Made by a program: the position numbers and the translations under genes. Below are positions 31,803 to 44,827 of a stretch of DNA of 64,000 nt, piece after piece; within the stretch, counting starts at the first letter, position 1, and every line of letters begins with the position of its first letter. A model generated the notes under the pieces. The model was not told where the DNA came from. It did no database searches and saw only the letters and a program-made list of their open reading frames with translations. The stretch covers positions 548,121-612,120 of the forward strand of contig OW569353.1 in assembly GCA_937625935.1 (NCBI GenBank), in the 5' to 3' direction. The DNA comes from Tetramitus jugosus. Taxonomy: Eukaryota > Protista > Heterolobosea.

Positions 31803-34800
31803 TCAATCATGGAACAATAAATAACTGATGGAGAACACGGGAGCTGAATTCTTACCTCCTACTAAGCAAGTAAACAGATCGCTCATGATTTTTGAACCAT
31901 CCTTGGCACGACAGCCAACCTTGCATCTAAAGCTCTTACGTGGAGCAGGAGCTGCACGCAACAACTTGGTTAACTGTGAGACGACCATGGAATAAAATTC
32001 TGGATGCACAACATCCTCCCATCTCTCCAATTTCTCAAACAAGTCTGCTGGATCATATCCCAACCGATCGAGCAGCGTCTTGTTCAAACTGATGATTCTA
32101 CCACCAGGGAAACACAACATGATACCAAAGCTAGATGAATCCATCTCATTCTTGTTTTCCATGAGTTGACAGAGCTCAATATAACTCTTTTCAACATTGT
32201 TTGGTCTTCGTTCTTGAGAATTTAAAGTTCCGGGCTCTGCTGGAATCGATACGTCGCTGAATGATGCTGATGGTGGTGCTGAACTACTAGCAGAAGTACC
32301 TGGAGCACCCGTGCCTCTCTTGAGGGTGATAATCATCTCCTCCAATTGAACTCGCATATTTTCGTTCACTGCCGTTAGCAATGCAATTGCATTTGACTTT
32401 CTACCAGTTTCATATCTCAACTGCATATTCTCTCTTCGCAAGTGTTCAATCTCTTCATCCTTATCCTTGAATATAGTTTTCATTTGTTGTTCTTCTCTGC
32501 TCTTGACAATTTCTTGTTGTTGATGACTGTTTTGAAGCATGAGTGACGAAGCAAAACCCTTGTTCACAAATTCAATAAATGATAATTGACTGCCACCTGT
32601 GCTCTTTGGTTCTCCGTTGCTGTCAATTTTCTCCATTGTACGAACAGATTCCTCGACAATCTTTTTGATTTCGCTGTCTACTCCCTTCATGACTGCCTCA
32701 GTTGTCTTCATCTTTTGTTCAAGACTAATTCCTGTTGAGTCTGCTGCAACAACTGAACCGCTGCTACTAGTGCTGCTACTTGGTGCTTCAGTGCTGCTCG
32801 ATGGAACCTCACTAATCGCATCTTCAATAGCATTCAAGTCAACAGTATGCTTGTCGCTCGGTGGTACTTGGCGAGTAGGTAAGGCAGTGGTGGATTTATC
32901 CTCTGCAACTGGCGGAATGACATTCGCAGGTCCTGAACTGGGAATCTCTGCAACGCGATCTGTTGTTGTTGATGGAGCAGATGGAACGACTGGTGGTTGA
33001 AGCATTGCAGCTCCTTGATCCGGTGCAACAGGTTTGTACACTGGCTGTGGATAATTCATTTGAGACAATGGAGGTGAAGTCAAATCGATTGGCTCATTTG
33101 CATGATTCATAGATGCTAAACTAGAATTGGATTGTGATGCCTTCAAGGCGTTGTCTTCACTATTGACTGATGATGAAGGTTCAGTGTCTGCATCAGTGTT
33201 TAACGACGAGAAAATAAAGTTAATGGGAGATAGAGAACCAAAGAAGGCACTGTCTTCCAGAAAGGCACCTGGTGATGGCAAATTACTGAGACTCAAATCC
33301 GACGGTGTTGTCGCTCCGTCTCTCTGCGGACTATATCCATCGAACACTGGTGTACCAAACATGCTGCGCTCTCCAGTTCCGGTACTTGCAACATTCAAAT
33401 TCGGATTGTGAATATAGAATGTGTCATGAGAGTTCATGAGAATGGATGCGAGTTGTTGAATTTCAGGAGGTTGATTTTGGAATAGTGATGCATCGATCAT
33501 GGGTACAGACGATTTTGGTTGTTGTTGTTGTTGTGGAGGCATTGTCATCATGTTTGCCGGATACATTGTTGATTGCAGTGATGAGTGTTGTTGTCGTTGC
33601 AATGGGTGCGATTGCTGATGTTGTAGTTGATGCGGTTGAAGAGACATGGGACCACCAGCACCAGAAATCATCATTGATGGTGGAATATTGTTCATACTAC
33701 CATTGTGATTATTCATGTTTGATGGTACGACATTCATCATATTGTTCGACTGTTGTTCAGCATAGTTTGAAGGAGCTGATGCTGTCAATGCTGTTGTTGT
33801 CGTTGCTGTTGCGATTGATGTGGATGCATCGACATTGTTTTGTACTTTTCTTCTCTTTTTTGCAGATGATGATACTCCATCGGTAACACTACCAGAATCA
33901 GATGAAGTCACTGTTGTTGTTGCCTTCTTCTTGGCCGATCCTCGTTTCTTGACTGGTTTTGTGCTCTCTGATGAATCATTGTCGCCTAATGCTGCGACCG
34001 ATGAAGGTGATGCATCATCTGCTGCTCCATCATCCTTGTCAGCCTTCTTTTTCCTGCCTCTCTTCTTGCCCTGAACATCGACACATGGAAGACCGTGTGC
34101 CATACATCTGGAACAAGGTCTCTGGTCCTCGCAACACGCATGAGCTTTTCTACAATTGACACAGGCTAATTTTGCGACTCTTCTCGGCCTCTTCAATGAC
34201 ATGTCAGAATTTAAATCTGAAGTGGGAGAGTCTGGTGGTTGACTGTGAGGAGAAGGTGTATCATTATTTCTTGATACAGCAGCAGCAGAAGCACTTGTAG
34301 CATTAGTAGGAGTACCATTGGTGGTCAATGGTGTTGGTGTTGTTGTCGTAGAAGAAGCACTCAATTGTTGAGATATCATTGCCATTGATGAAGGCGATGA
34401 TGACATGGGTGGTAATTGTTGTTGCACAAAGTGTTGTTGCTGTTGTTGTTGAGGAGAGTGAGAATAAGAAGCAGAAGAAGAAGAAGGAGGATATGGATGA
34501 TTACCATGAACGGAAGAATTGAGTGATGGTGGAGGTGGAGGAGCTCCACCATGGCTGCTCAAGTGTTGTGTATGATGAGAATGAGGATGAGGAGAGTGAT
34601 GAGGATGATGATGGTGCGGAGGAGAGAGATGGGCATGAGGATGATGTGAATGATGAGAGTAAGAATGTGGTTGCGGTTGTGGTTGTTGTTGTTGGTGGTG
34701 GTGATGATGATGAGAAGGATGGTGATGAGTTGTTGTTGTTGATGGATTCAATGAAGAATACAGTTGTTTGGATGGTGAAACATTACTACTGCTAGTGCCA

Positions 34801-35081
34801 CTACTACTGCTACTAGGTTGAGAATAAGAGGATGAGGAGGATGAAGACGTTGGTGGCATTGATGAATGATGATAATGACCACTACCACTACCACCTCGCT
34901 GCTGTTGTTGTGCAAAAATGTATGGTTGTTGATTGGGTGGTATGTACATGTTGTGAGGTGGAGCAGCAGCACCTATTGTACCATTACTACTATTGTTGTT
35001 GTTGTTGTTGTTACCCTCATGTTGTTGTTGATGATGAGTATGGTGTTGTTGTTGTTGTTGTTGAAGGTGATGGTTTTGCAT
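31803..35081 (-). CDS. Zn(II)2Cys6 binuclear-cluster transcription factor with coiled coil and C-terminal PAS domain
   Basis: ACVNCRKAHACCEDQRPCSRCMAHGLPC; C-terminal GRIISLNKTLLDRLGY...WEDVVHPE...KDGS PAS; Q/H/S-rich low-complexity regions. Confidence 0.88.
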   Translation of the reverse strand: MQNHHLQQQQQQHHTHHQQQHEGNNNNNNNSSNGTIGAAAPPHNMYIPPNQQPYIFAQQQQRGGSGSGHYHHSSMPPTSSSSSSSYSQPSSSSSGTSSSNVSPSKQLYSSLNPSTTTTHHHPSHHHHHHQQQQPQPQPHSYSHHSHHPHAHLSPPHHHHPHHSPHPHSHHTQHLSSHGGAPPPPPSLNSSVHGNHPYPPSSSSASYSHSPQQQQQQHFVQQQLPPMSSSPSSMAMISQQLSASSTTTTPTPLTTNGTPTNATSASAAAVSRNNDTPSPHSQPPDSPTSDLNSDMSLKRPRRVAKLACVNCRKAHACCEDQRPCSRCMAHGLPCVDVQGKKRGRKKKADKDDGAADDASPSSVAALGDNDSSESTKPVKKRGSAKKKATTTVTSSDSGSVTDGVSSSAKKRRKVQNNVDASTSIATATTTTALTASAPSNYAEQQSNNMMNVVPSNMNNHNGSMNNIPPSMMISGAGGPMSLQPHQLQHQQSHPLQRQQHSSLQSTMYPANMMTMPPQQQQQPKSSVPMIDASLFQNQPPEIQQLASILMNSHDTFYIHNPNLNVASTGTGERSMFGTPVFDGYSPQRDGATTPSDLSLSNLPSPGAFLEDSAFFGSLSPINFIFSSLNTDADTEPSSSVNSEDNALKASQSNSSLASMNHANEPIDLTSPPLSQMNYPQPVYKPVAPDQGAAMLQPPVVPSAPSTTTDRVAEIPSSGPANVIPPVAEDKSTTALPTRQVPPSDKHTVDLNAIEDAISEVPSSSTEAPSSSTSSSGSVVAADSTGISLEQKMKTTEAVMKGVDSEIKKIVEESVRTMEKIDSNGEPKSTGGSQLSFIEFVNKGFASSLMLQNSHQQQEIVKSREEQQMKTIFKDKDEEIEHLRRENMQLRYETGRKSNAIALLTAVNENMRVQLEEMIITLKRGTGAPGTSASSSAPPSASFSDVSIPAEPGTLNSQERRPNNVEKSYIELCQLMENKNEMDSSSFGIMLCFPGGRIISLNKTLLDRLGYDPADLFEKLERWEDVVHPEFYSMVVSQLTKLLRAAPAPRKSFRCKVGCRAKDGSKIMSDLFTCLVGGKNSAPVFSISYLLFHD

Positions 35082-35381
35082 GATTGTGTGGTGAAGCAGA
35101 AGTCACTTGTTTGTCTGTCGTCACACTGTGTCGTCGTAGTAGTAGTGTTTTGTTGTATCAAGTGCGAGAACGTGTGCGAGACCTGCTGTTGTTGCTGTGC
35201 TTTTTTTTTGATTTGTTGTTATTGCGGTAGTGCGCAAGTTCATCTTGGGTTTTTTTGATTCCGACGGGCGTTGGTGATTGATTGATTTGTACAGGTGGTG
35301 TGAACTCCGGATCACATACTTTTGTATAAACCGTTTTTGACGAATGGATTTGAATAAAGAAAAGTTCTGCTGCTGAGCGAT

Positions 35382-36980
35382 TTAATTCAAATAGGTCTCA
35401 CTGATAAAAGGCTTGGCAACATTCCACACTTGACCTGTCCGGATAAGCTCATGCACTGCTTCGATATCTGGAGTCATGAATCTATCCTTGTCATAGTATG
35501 AAACCTTGCTTCTGACCAAGCTGTAAACAGCTTCGAGTGCTGGTGATGTCTTGAGAGGTCTGTGGAAATCCAAAGCCTGGCATGCACACAACAATTCAAT
35601 GGCAACCACGTACTCGACATTCTCGACGATTTGAAGTGCCTTGACAGAGCTGAATCCCCCCATGGAAACGTGATCTTCTTGAGAAGCAGAAGTGGAAAGA
35701 GTGTCATTGGATGAAGGATGCACCAAAACCTTATTCTCTGAAGTAAGTGCAGATGCTGTACAGTGAGCAATCATGAATCCAGAGTTGAGTCCACCACTCT
35801 TGACCAAGAATGCTGGCAGCTCGCTGAGTGAGGAATCTAGCATTCTTGCAATTCTTCTCTCTGAAATATTGGCAATCTCCTGAATTCCAATGGCTCCATA
35901 GTCCATGCATTTGGCTGGATACTCACCATGGAAATTACCTCCGGACACAATATGCTCATTCCATCCTTCAATCTCACTTCCATTTACATCGCTAAACACC
36001 ATAGGATTATCAGTTCCACTGTTCAATTCTGTCTCCAATATACCCTTGCAGAATGCAATTGTGTCATGAACGATACCATGAACTTGTGGTGTGCATCTGA
36101 GTGTGTAGGCATCTTGAACACGATTGCAGTTCTTGTGTGACTCTGCAATCTCTGATTGCTTTGAATTCTCATCAAATAATAGGCATCTTAATCTACCTGC
36201 CACTTGTTGTTGTCCGTTGTGTCGGCGAGCACGATGTATTCTAGCATCAAATGCCTTGTTGCTTCCCTTGAGAGCTTCAATGCTCACACCAGCAACAACA
36301 TCAGCTTGCTTTGCGCACAAATCAGCTCTGTAGAGTGCCTCTGCTCCCAATGCAGCAATAAATTGAGTTCCATTAATCAATGCCAATCCTTCCTTTGCTT
36401 CCAATGTAATTGGCTTCAAATTGTTTTGGGCCAATACTTGATCCGCTGGTTCATATTGTTGTGACAATGGGTTCCACATTTTGCCCTCTCCCATCATACC
36501 CAATGCAACATGACTCAAAGGTGCCAAATCACCACTCGCACCCACAGTTCCCTTCTCCGGAACAAATGGAATGCAATTCTTGTTCAGTGCATCCACCATT
36601 CTCATCATTGTTTCCAAGCGAATACCAGAAAAGCCCTTGGCCAAAACATTGATTCTCAATGCCAATAACATTCTTGCTCTCTCAACAGTCAATGGCTTAC
36701 CGACACCTGCCGCATGACTTCTAATTAAATTTTGTTGCAGAGTTTCAAGGTCCTGAGGGTTGATGGTCACTCGGGCAAACTGACCAAAACCAGTATTGAT
36801 ACCATATTTGACAATGTCCTTGTTCAAAATGTCTTCAATGACCTTTCTTGACTCAATGACCTTGTTCTTTGATTCTTCCGATACGGAAACAAGGGTATGA
36901 TGATAGCCAATGTGATAAAGCTCTTCGCAGGTCAGGTCTTCACCATTCAATAGAATAATTTCTGTGGATGAGGATGGCAT
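35382..36980 (-). CDS. HAL: Histidine ammonia-lyase
   Basis: [20 protein letters not shown] (MIO Ala-Ser-Gly), [34 protein letters not shown]. Confidence 0.97.
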   Translation of the reverse strand: MPSSSTEIILLNGEDLTCEELYHIGYHHTLVSVSEESKNKVIESRKVIEDILNKDIVKYGINTGFGQFARVTINPQDLETLQQNLIRSHAAGVGKPLTVERARMLLALRINVLAKGFSGIRLETMMRMVDALNKNCIPFVPEKGTVGASGDLAPLSHVALGMMGEGKMWNPLSQQYEPADQVLAQNNLKPITLEAKEGLALINGTQFIAALGAEALYRADLCAKQADVVAGVSIEALKGSNKAFDARIHRARRHNGQQQVAGRLRCLLFDENSKQSEIAESHKNCNRVQDAYTLRCTPQVHGIVHDTIAFCKGILETELNSGTDNPMVFSDVNGSEIEGWNEHIVSGGNFHGEYPAKCMDYGAIGIQEIANISERRIARMLDSSLSELPAFLVKSGGLNSGFMIAHCTASALTSENKVLVHPSSNDTLSTSASQEDHVSMGGFSSVKALQIVENVEYVVAIELLCACQALDFHRPLKTSPALEAVYSLVRSKVSYYDKDRFMTPDIEAVHELIRTGQVWNVAKPFISETYLN

Positions 36981-37530
36981 GGTGATGTGTTATTATTATT
37001 ATTTGTGTTTCTGTTGTTGTGTGGGTTGCTTATGTTTCTTTTTTATTTTGATTGAGTGGATTTTTTGGGGAGATTAGCGCACGTGTTCTGATTTGGAATG
37101 CCCGCGCTTACAACTGGAATGTTTCCGGTCAGGTGAGCTAAATCGTTGGTGAGTAGGAGTCACGGCGAATGAAACTATGGGTATTTGGATGTGAGAATAC
37201 ATTGCGTCGACGCATGTGAGTTGAGCATTGTTTGCCATGACAAATATGTTTTGGAATTCGCTCAAAAAATCAAGCATGTATTTCAAGGACGATTGTCCAC
37301 CAAGACATCACAACACTCATCAATCAGCTTCCAGATTCATTTTCATTCAGTTCTACATGAGGTGATAAGCGACAAACATGTTGCACTCTTGTCATTGCTT
37401 TCCGCCAAGAAGAAACGCAAAAAACATTTGTTGAACGTTCAATGAACATCAGGTTGGTCAACCAAAAATTCGCAAAACGAAATTCAAAAAAAACAACAAA
37501 AGAGAAACAAACAAAGCCACAACATTAATA

Positions 37531-37875
37531 ATGGTATGTTATTTTATTTTTCACTTCATGGACGAGATCCATTTCATGAATGAACAGTCATTAATCCATG
37601 TGTTGCGTCACGCTCAATAGGGATTCCTCGAAGAAGATTTACTCTATCCATCTGCTCAAAACGAAGCAAGAAAGCACAAGTTGAAGAGATTGGTACCAAA
37701 GCCAGACTCCTACTTCATGGATGTCAAGTGCCCAGGATGCTACGCAATCACCACCGTTTTCTCCCATGCTAAGACCGTCGTTCTCTGCGGAAGCTGCTCC
37801 ACTGTCTTGTGCCAACCAACTGGTGGTAAGGCTAGATTGACCGAAGGATGCTCCTTCAGAAGAAAGCCAGAGTAA
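37531..37875 (+). CDS. RPS27: 40S ribosomal protein S27 (intron 37534-37620 right after ATG)
   Basis: [23 protein letters not shown]...[22 protein letters not shown]; ATG|GTATGT...AG. Confidence 0.96.
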
Positions 37876-38038
37876 ATTCTGATTAAAAATTGTCTTTTCC
37901 ATTTATTTGCATCTCACGATTATTCTTCTTATGATGTTGTTGGCTCTCTCTGGACCCGAAATTTTGCGTTTTCACATGGAAGATTCTACCTATGCTCGGT
38001 TGGAACAACGCGTTTATTAAGAGTCAGTTTATTTATAT

Positions 38039-39206
38039 TTACAGGATTTCCCTCAACTTTTCTTTCTGTTCTTGTGATAGATACTTTGGGAATATGATGT
38101 TGAACTTGATGATCAAGTCACCTTTCTTGCCTGGTTCCTTGGATATTGGCATGCCTTCACCCTTGACAACCTTCTGATAGCCAGGTGAGACAATTTCATT
38201 GATTGGTATGCGCAACATTCTATCGTCCAGTGTGGACAGTTCAACTGTAGTTCCGGTCAGTGCCTCTGCCAGTGTAATATTTCTTGTGTGGATCAAATCG
38301 TTCTTCTCTCTGACAAAGCGGTCATGAGGCTTCTCGTGCAATTCAAAGACAATATCAGCGGGTATGACGCCTGGAGCTTGATCTCCCTCCTTTTCGAATC
38401 GAACTTTGGTTCCCTTCTTAAATCCAGGCTTAATCGTAAAGGTCAACACCTTCTCTTGTGGAGATGTAGAGTTGTCAGGATTCAAAACTTTCTTTGTCAC
38501 TTTTATCCTCTTTGTTTTACCCTTGTACAAATCCTCCAATGAGCAATTGAGTGGATAGACAACTGCAGGTGCTTGTTTTGGGGCTTTTGGTTGACCGCCC
38601 ATTCCGCCCATACGAGCTCCAAATGGATGACCACCTCTACCACCCATGCCTCCCATTCCACCCATGCCGCCCATACCACCAAACGCATCCTCATCATCCA
38701 TTCCAAATCCACCTCCACCACCAAACATGCCGCCAAATGGACTGGAGCCACCAAAGAATTGAGAAAATATTTCATCGGCATTTCCTCTGGTAAATGTAAA
38801 GGAGGCACCACCTGGTCCACCGCCTCCCATTCCACCCATACCTCCCTTCAATCCCTCTTCACCATACTGATCATAAATGGACTTTTTCTTTGAGTCACTG
38901 AGAACTTCATAGGCCTCACCAATTTCTTTGAATTTGTTTTCCGCAGCTTCCTTATTGTCTGGATTACGATCGGGATGCCACTTCATTGCTAGCTTACGGT
39001 AACTGGATATAGTAGTAAACAGATCGATTCAAAATGAAAGAGACAAAAAACATCATCATGATGTACAATCAGTTAGTTTGACACAAATTGTTTTTGCGAT
39101 CGCTATATGACAAGCTAAAAGCTATCGATATTACATACGCTTTCTTTATCTCTTCTGGAGTAGCTGATCGCTCAACTCCGAGAATCTTATAATAATCTAG
39201 ACCCAT
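38039..39206 (-). CDS. Class II Hsp40/DnaJ (Sis1/DNAJB-like); intron 39003-39138
   Basis: [10 protein letters not shown]...KKA|[14 protein letters not shown]-domain, G/F-G/M region, C-terminal substrate-binding domain. Confidence 0.93.
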
Positions 39207-39835
39207 TGTATTGTTTGTTGTTGATCTGTCTTGTATATATCTATTGTTTTTTGCTCAGAGGTTATCTCACAATGTTCTTTTTGTGATATAGATCGTGTTC
39301 TTCTGATGTGCTAGCTTCTCTGATTGTCGGCTTCTGTTCTCGCGAGTGTGCCAAATTTTTTTGCTTCACAAGAGCCAATGTATTTTTAATACGACAACTT
39401 CCTCGGAATTTTGATCGGAAAGTAAAGATGAAATGAGCTCCGGGCTACCACATGATGTTCTTCCATGGTTATGTGAAGAGACAATATGATTGGAAATTGC
39501 TGGTCCTTAGTTCTGAGATGTTTGAAGAATTCCGTTTAACACCTTGGTCTGGATATCATATCGAAACGGTCTGGATCTACGGACAGTTTTCATCTCAACC
39601 TTGTGTTCTCTTCATCCCAAAGCTCTAGAGAGCATGCTTGCCAAACATTTGTGACAACATCATGTTGCATCGTCGTTCCTGTCCTAAACATGCACATGGC
39701 TCACAAAAAAAATTTGGTGAAATTTCAACGAGTTGACTCATCGAACTCATTGAACGAAAGTCAACCGAGCAAAATTTTCCAAAAAATCAAACAAACGAAA
39801 AACAAAGTCATAAACCAACAACAACATCATACACA

Positions 39836-40440
39836 ATGGTACGTTTTTTCTGTGTGGCGTGAAAAAAGAATCGGTATTGGCTGTTCAAAACACATTTCAC
39901 ACTTGTCACTTCTTCATCAACCGAAAAACCAATACCGATTCTCTATGTTCTTTGTCAAATGAAACATGTTTGCTGACTTTCGAAATATTTTAGGGCAGAG
40001 TCAGAACTAAGACCGTCAAGAAGGCATCCAAGGTTATCGTCGAAAAGTACTACAGCGTTCTCAACCTTGACTTCCAAAACAACAAGAAAGTCATTGATGA
40101 AGTCGCCATCATTGCTTCCAAGAGACTCAGAAACAAGATTGCTGGATTCGTCACACATTTGATGAAGAGAATCCAAAAGGGTACTGTTAAGGGTATCTCC
40201 TTGAAGTTGCAAGAAGAAGAAAGAGAGAAGAGAATGGACTTTGTCCCTGAAGTCTCCGAAGTCGACAAGACCATCCAACAAGGAATCAATGTTGATGACG
40301 ATGTTGCTAACATGCTTGCTGCCATCGGTTTCAAGAATTTGGAACAAGTGACAAAGCTCAAGGAACAAAGAAAGGGCAAGAGAATCGAAAGAGGACCAAG
40401 ACCACAAAAGAAGGAAACTGAAGCTGTTGCTCAAGAGTAA
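39836..40440 (+). CDS. RPS17: 40S ribosomal protein S17 (intron 39839-39993 right after ATG)
   Basis: M|[12 protein letters not shown]...[36 protein letters not shown]. Confidence 0.96.
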
Positions 40441-40745
40441 GCTTCTTCTTATAAACCCATTATGTTTCTAATCCCATGATCTTACCGTTTTTTACGTTTA
40501 TCCTTTTCAGAAAAACTTTATTGACCCGGTATCTGTGAGTTCGGTTCCTCTTGACTGAAACATTGGTCCTCGAGGATCGCGTGCAGTGAGCTTTACGATT
40601 TTTGCGCGGACAGTGATTCGCACAAATTGCCAAATTATTGCTGTTTTCTACCACTCAACCATCCAACAAATGAGTATGTATTGCTACCACTTCCAACGTG
40701 TCACTTCCAATGTTGCTCTCAATTTAGAGGTTGAATCTCACACGT

Positions 40746-43700
40746 ATGAATCCCAAAGGTAACAACGCAAAGGAAAAATCGAGGATCAAAGTCTTCGTGC
40801 GATGTAGACCTCTGACTGAAGAGGAAGCCGAGAGTGGCACTTGTGTCGCTATTGATGATAAAGAGAACACCATTAAAGTTAAGAGGTCTGCGTATCATAC
40901 AAAGGACTTTCAATTTGATGGTATATTCGGTTCCAATTCAACCCAGGAGTCCATTTATCAGGCAGTCGCTAAAGAAGCTCTGGACGATGTATTCAAGGGG
41001 TATCATGGCACAATTTTTGCTTACGGTCAGACAGGTACTGGCAAAACTTTTACGTATGTGAGATCCTAGCACGATTGTTCATCTCCTGTTGGTCATTGCA
41101 ACTCACTAGTCTCCATTCTATTCATACGATGTAGTATATCATGCCAACAAAAAGGTTTCGAAGGTATTATACCCAGAGCAATAGATGACATTTTTCACCG
41201 GATTAGAAGTGACACAGAGAATGATTACACTGTTCGAATGAGCTATGTCCAAATTTATATGGAAATGGTATGTTTTTATTTGTGTCTCGAATAATTCAAA
41301 AGCAATTTGACTAAGTTACCATGAGTACAGATACAAGATTTGTTGAATCCAGAAAACAATTCTCTTCAAATTAGGGAGGATCCTGTATCGGGTGTATATA
41401 TTGCCGGAGTGCATACGCAAGAGGTGAAAAATCCAACAGAGACATTGCAGTTCTATAATATAGGTGATGAGAATAGAGTGACAGCACTAACGAAAATGAA
41501 CGCTACCTCTAGTCGAAGTCATGCATGTTTAATCTTGAATATTGAGAAGAGATCGAGAGTTAATGAACAGGAGTACTCGGAAGAGATGGATAATAAGCGC
41601 GTTACGCGAGCTAATCTATTCCTTGTGGATTTGGCTGGGTCTGAGCGGTTGAAGAAAACTGCAGCAACTGGAGTTCGAAAGATGGAAGCAAAATATATTA
41701 ACCTGTCATTAACAACTCTTGGAATAGTGATCAACGCATTGGAATCATGTTTGTCTCATGTTCCATTCCGAGACTCAAAATTAACGAGACTTCTTCAAGA
41801 TTCTTTGAGCGGAAATGGAAAGACACGAATTATTGTGACAGTAGGTCCAAGTACAGGAAATTGTCAAGAAACTGTCAGCACACTCCAATTTGGACAAAGA
41901 GCTATGAATGTTCAAACTGTTGCAAAGGTGAATCAAACTGTGGACTATAAGGTAATGTGTATGAAGTTACAACAACAACTAGAGGAACTCGAAAATAGAT
42001 ACAGAGGTGTTCAATCGGACTTAGAGGAGGTTCTGAACGAAAATGATAGATTAGAGAGGGATTTGTCTGATCAAAGAGAGAAGGTTGCAACACTGAATGA
42101 CATGCTTAAGTTGACATCTCAGTCTGTAGAAACAGAGAAACAGGAACTACTAAAAATGATTGAGTCAGATTTAGTAACAGCAGAGAGAAACAAGTTTCTT
42201 GTGGAAGAGCTAACTAAACAGATTGAAGAACTTCGATCTAAACATGAAAACGAGATTCAAGATACAGAGGAGGAATATAGAGCACAACAAGTTTCTCAAG
42301 AGAGGGTTATATACACATTAGAGGAACAAATGCAAGAAAAAGAGAGGGAGGCAAGTATTCTGTCCACTGAGAATCAAAATCTTTCAGAACATGTGAACAG
42401 ACTTAATAATCAACTCCTTACAACTAGTGAAGAATTGAATAAACTTCAAAGTGGATATGATAATATCAGAATGGAACAACAATCACTCGCTGAGGAGAAT
42501 AGTAGAGAAAAAGCGAGGATTTCAGAGCTCGTTAAAGACAATGAAGAACTGAAGTTAGCCGTTCGAAAATTGACAGATGGTTCTCAACTGCTGGAGAAAC
42601 AGAGAATAGAAGACAGCACTAGTATTATGCGTCAGGAGCATAGAATATCGGAATTAACACAAGAGATTCTAAGTCTAAACAGTGAACTAGATGTTGCGAG
42701 AGATGAGATAGTCAAGTTGAAAAATGACAATGAAACTTTACTGTCTCAGAAGGAAGATTTGTATCATAACAATATTCAGTTCGTTTCAGAGAGTAGCTAC
42801 CTAAGTGAGGAGGTGAAGAAACTCGAAAATGACGTCAAAAATGCAGAGGTAATGAATAAGCAGCTCAGAGATGAGTTATCTGAAGTGAAGTCACAGTCAA
42901 AAAGTACCACAGATCGACTGTCTTTAGCAAACAGTGAACTTAATGAAAAGGATAATAGGTTAAAAAATAATGAGACGACCATTCAAGATCTATTGTCTGA
43001 AACTAGCGATTTGAGGCAAAAGTATGAAGAGTCTTGCAAGATTATCACGAATCTTCAAGCTCAATGCTCAAGTATAATTGACATAACGTCTTCTTTTGAG
43101 ACCACCAGTGTAGACGTGGAGTCTTCTACTGAACAGGGAGAGGATTCATCTGCCCCATCTCCGATCTCTCGGATTATAGAAGATCTGAAAACAAAGTACA
43201 CCAATGCCCTCAAAGCTTCTGAAGAAGGAAAGAGCATGCTCGATCGTTTGCGCTCAATTGTAAAGCAATATTGCAACGAAAAGATCATTAACAACGAAAT
43301 TTATCTTCTAGGGAAGGTGATCCATTCTGTTGTTGAAAATTTAGATGGAGATGATATAACCAAAGTAGTTCTAGACTCATTGAGCCCTTACTTGAAGCAT
43401 GACCTCTCTGGTGATGAAAAATCGCACAGCACGACGAACGAAATAAGTTGGAGAACTCAAATCGAGGAGACAATCCAATTTACAAGAAGTCAAGAAACAG
43501 AAGCATTGCCTTTATGCCCTGACGAATCTGTTAATGCTTTTATCAGCTCAATCATGAGAAATCAAGCTTCGATTGAGCCTCCAGTCTTCAAACCATTGAG
43601 CATTGAAGAGGAATATTCTTCGAGTTGCTTCAAGTTCACGAACTACCAAAAGGAGTTGATTTCGGATATATCTTACTCAAGTGTATATAATCAAGCATAC

Positions 43701-44747
43701 CAAAGATTAGTAGTTCGGCAAGAGAGTTTTAAGAATGTCCAAATTGATGACTCACAGAGTGACCCAAATCAACTGCTAGATACTCTCGAGGAATATTTGA
43801 AACATGATTTGGATTTGTCCCTACTATCTAATTGTTGGCTCAATACATCATGGGTCCTATTGTCATTGATGGCGAAAAGAACTGATCTATCAATTAAGAA
43901 CGACCACTATTTGAGAGTATTAATTGCACTAACAAACGATATTTCAACCCAATTGCTCGGTTCTGGTACTCATGCTGGTAGAATGAACCGAGTGTTATTT
44001 GAGTGTGCTATTGAGCTGTCAAAGCACGCTGGTTCATTTAATGCTTTGCAACAGAAGATTGAGATTAAGTTTAGAAGTGAAAGAGCAGCAAGAAAAATTC
44101 AGAAATTGTGGAAGGGATACAAGAAGAGACAGAATACAACTCAAGAAAAGAAATTGGTAGAAGAGAACCAAAAAGCTATGAAGAAGATTGCAGAGCTAAG
44201 TCGTTCAAAGGAGGCACTGGTCAGTCGGCTCGAACAATCGAACGTGGAAACTGGTCAGATGTTAATGAGGCAATCGTATCAAGAACTGGAGAGTCTGTTT
44301 GAGACAATGAGAAAGTATTTCTTGTGGGACGTACCAAAGAAGACCCCAGATTCACCAAGTTCCTCCCTTGGAACACCTACCTCAGGATCCAGCTTCTCCA
44401 GTCCTAAAACGCCAGAGGAACAAAGAAAGTTGAAACGACACTCTACAACAGTTGCACAAAACTATGGAGAACAGAGAAGTAGGTTCTTTGGTGAGAGCAT
44501 GGTGAATATGGATGATTTCTCGATGGGCAGTACCTCTCCAACCAACACACCAAGTCCCATCAACAGACACAGATCTTCCACGTCGTTCATGAGCTCTCCA
44601 TTGCTGAGATCCAATAGCTATACTGGGATCACGTTGCCATCTGCTATGCGGTCCCAGAGAAATCGTTCTTCTACGAATGTGCTGGCAAGAGATGCAAATC
44701 TTCATCGATCTCCTTTTGAGGAGAGTAGTAGTAGTAACATGGACTAA
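40746..44747 (+). CDS. N-terminal-motor kinesin with long coiled coil and C-terminal IQ motif (two introns near 41054-41134 and 41268-41330)
   Basis: RIKVFVRCRP, FAYGQTGTGKT, MNATSSRSH, LVDLAGSE, HVPFRDSKLTRLLQDSL; RKIQKLWKGYKKR. Confidence 0.92.
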
Positions 44748-44827
44748 TCGGTCACCCTGTTGCAACAATAACAATTATACAAGTAAATAGTACAAACATG
44801 TTTCTTTATGAGTTTTGTTTCGGCAAT

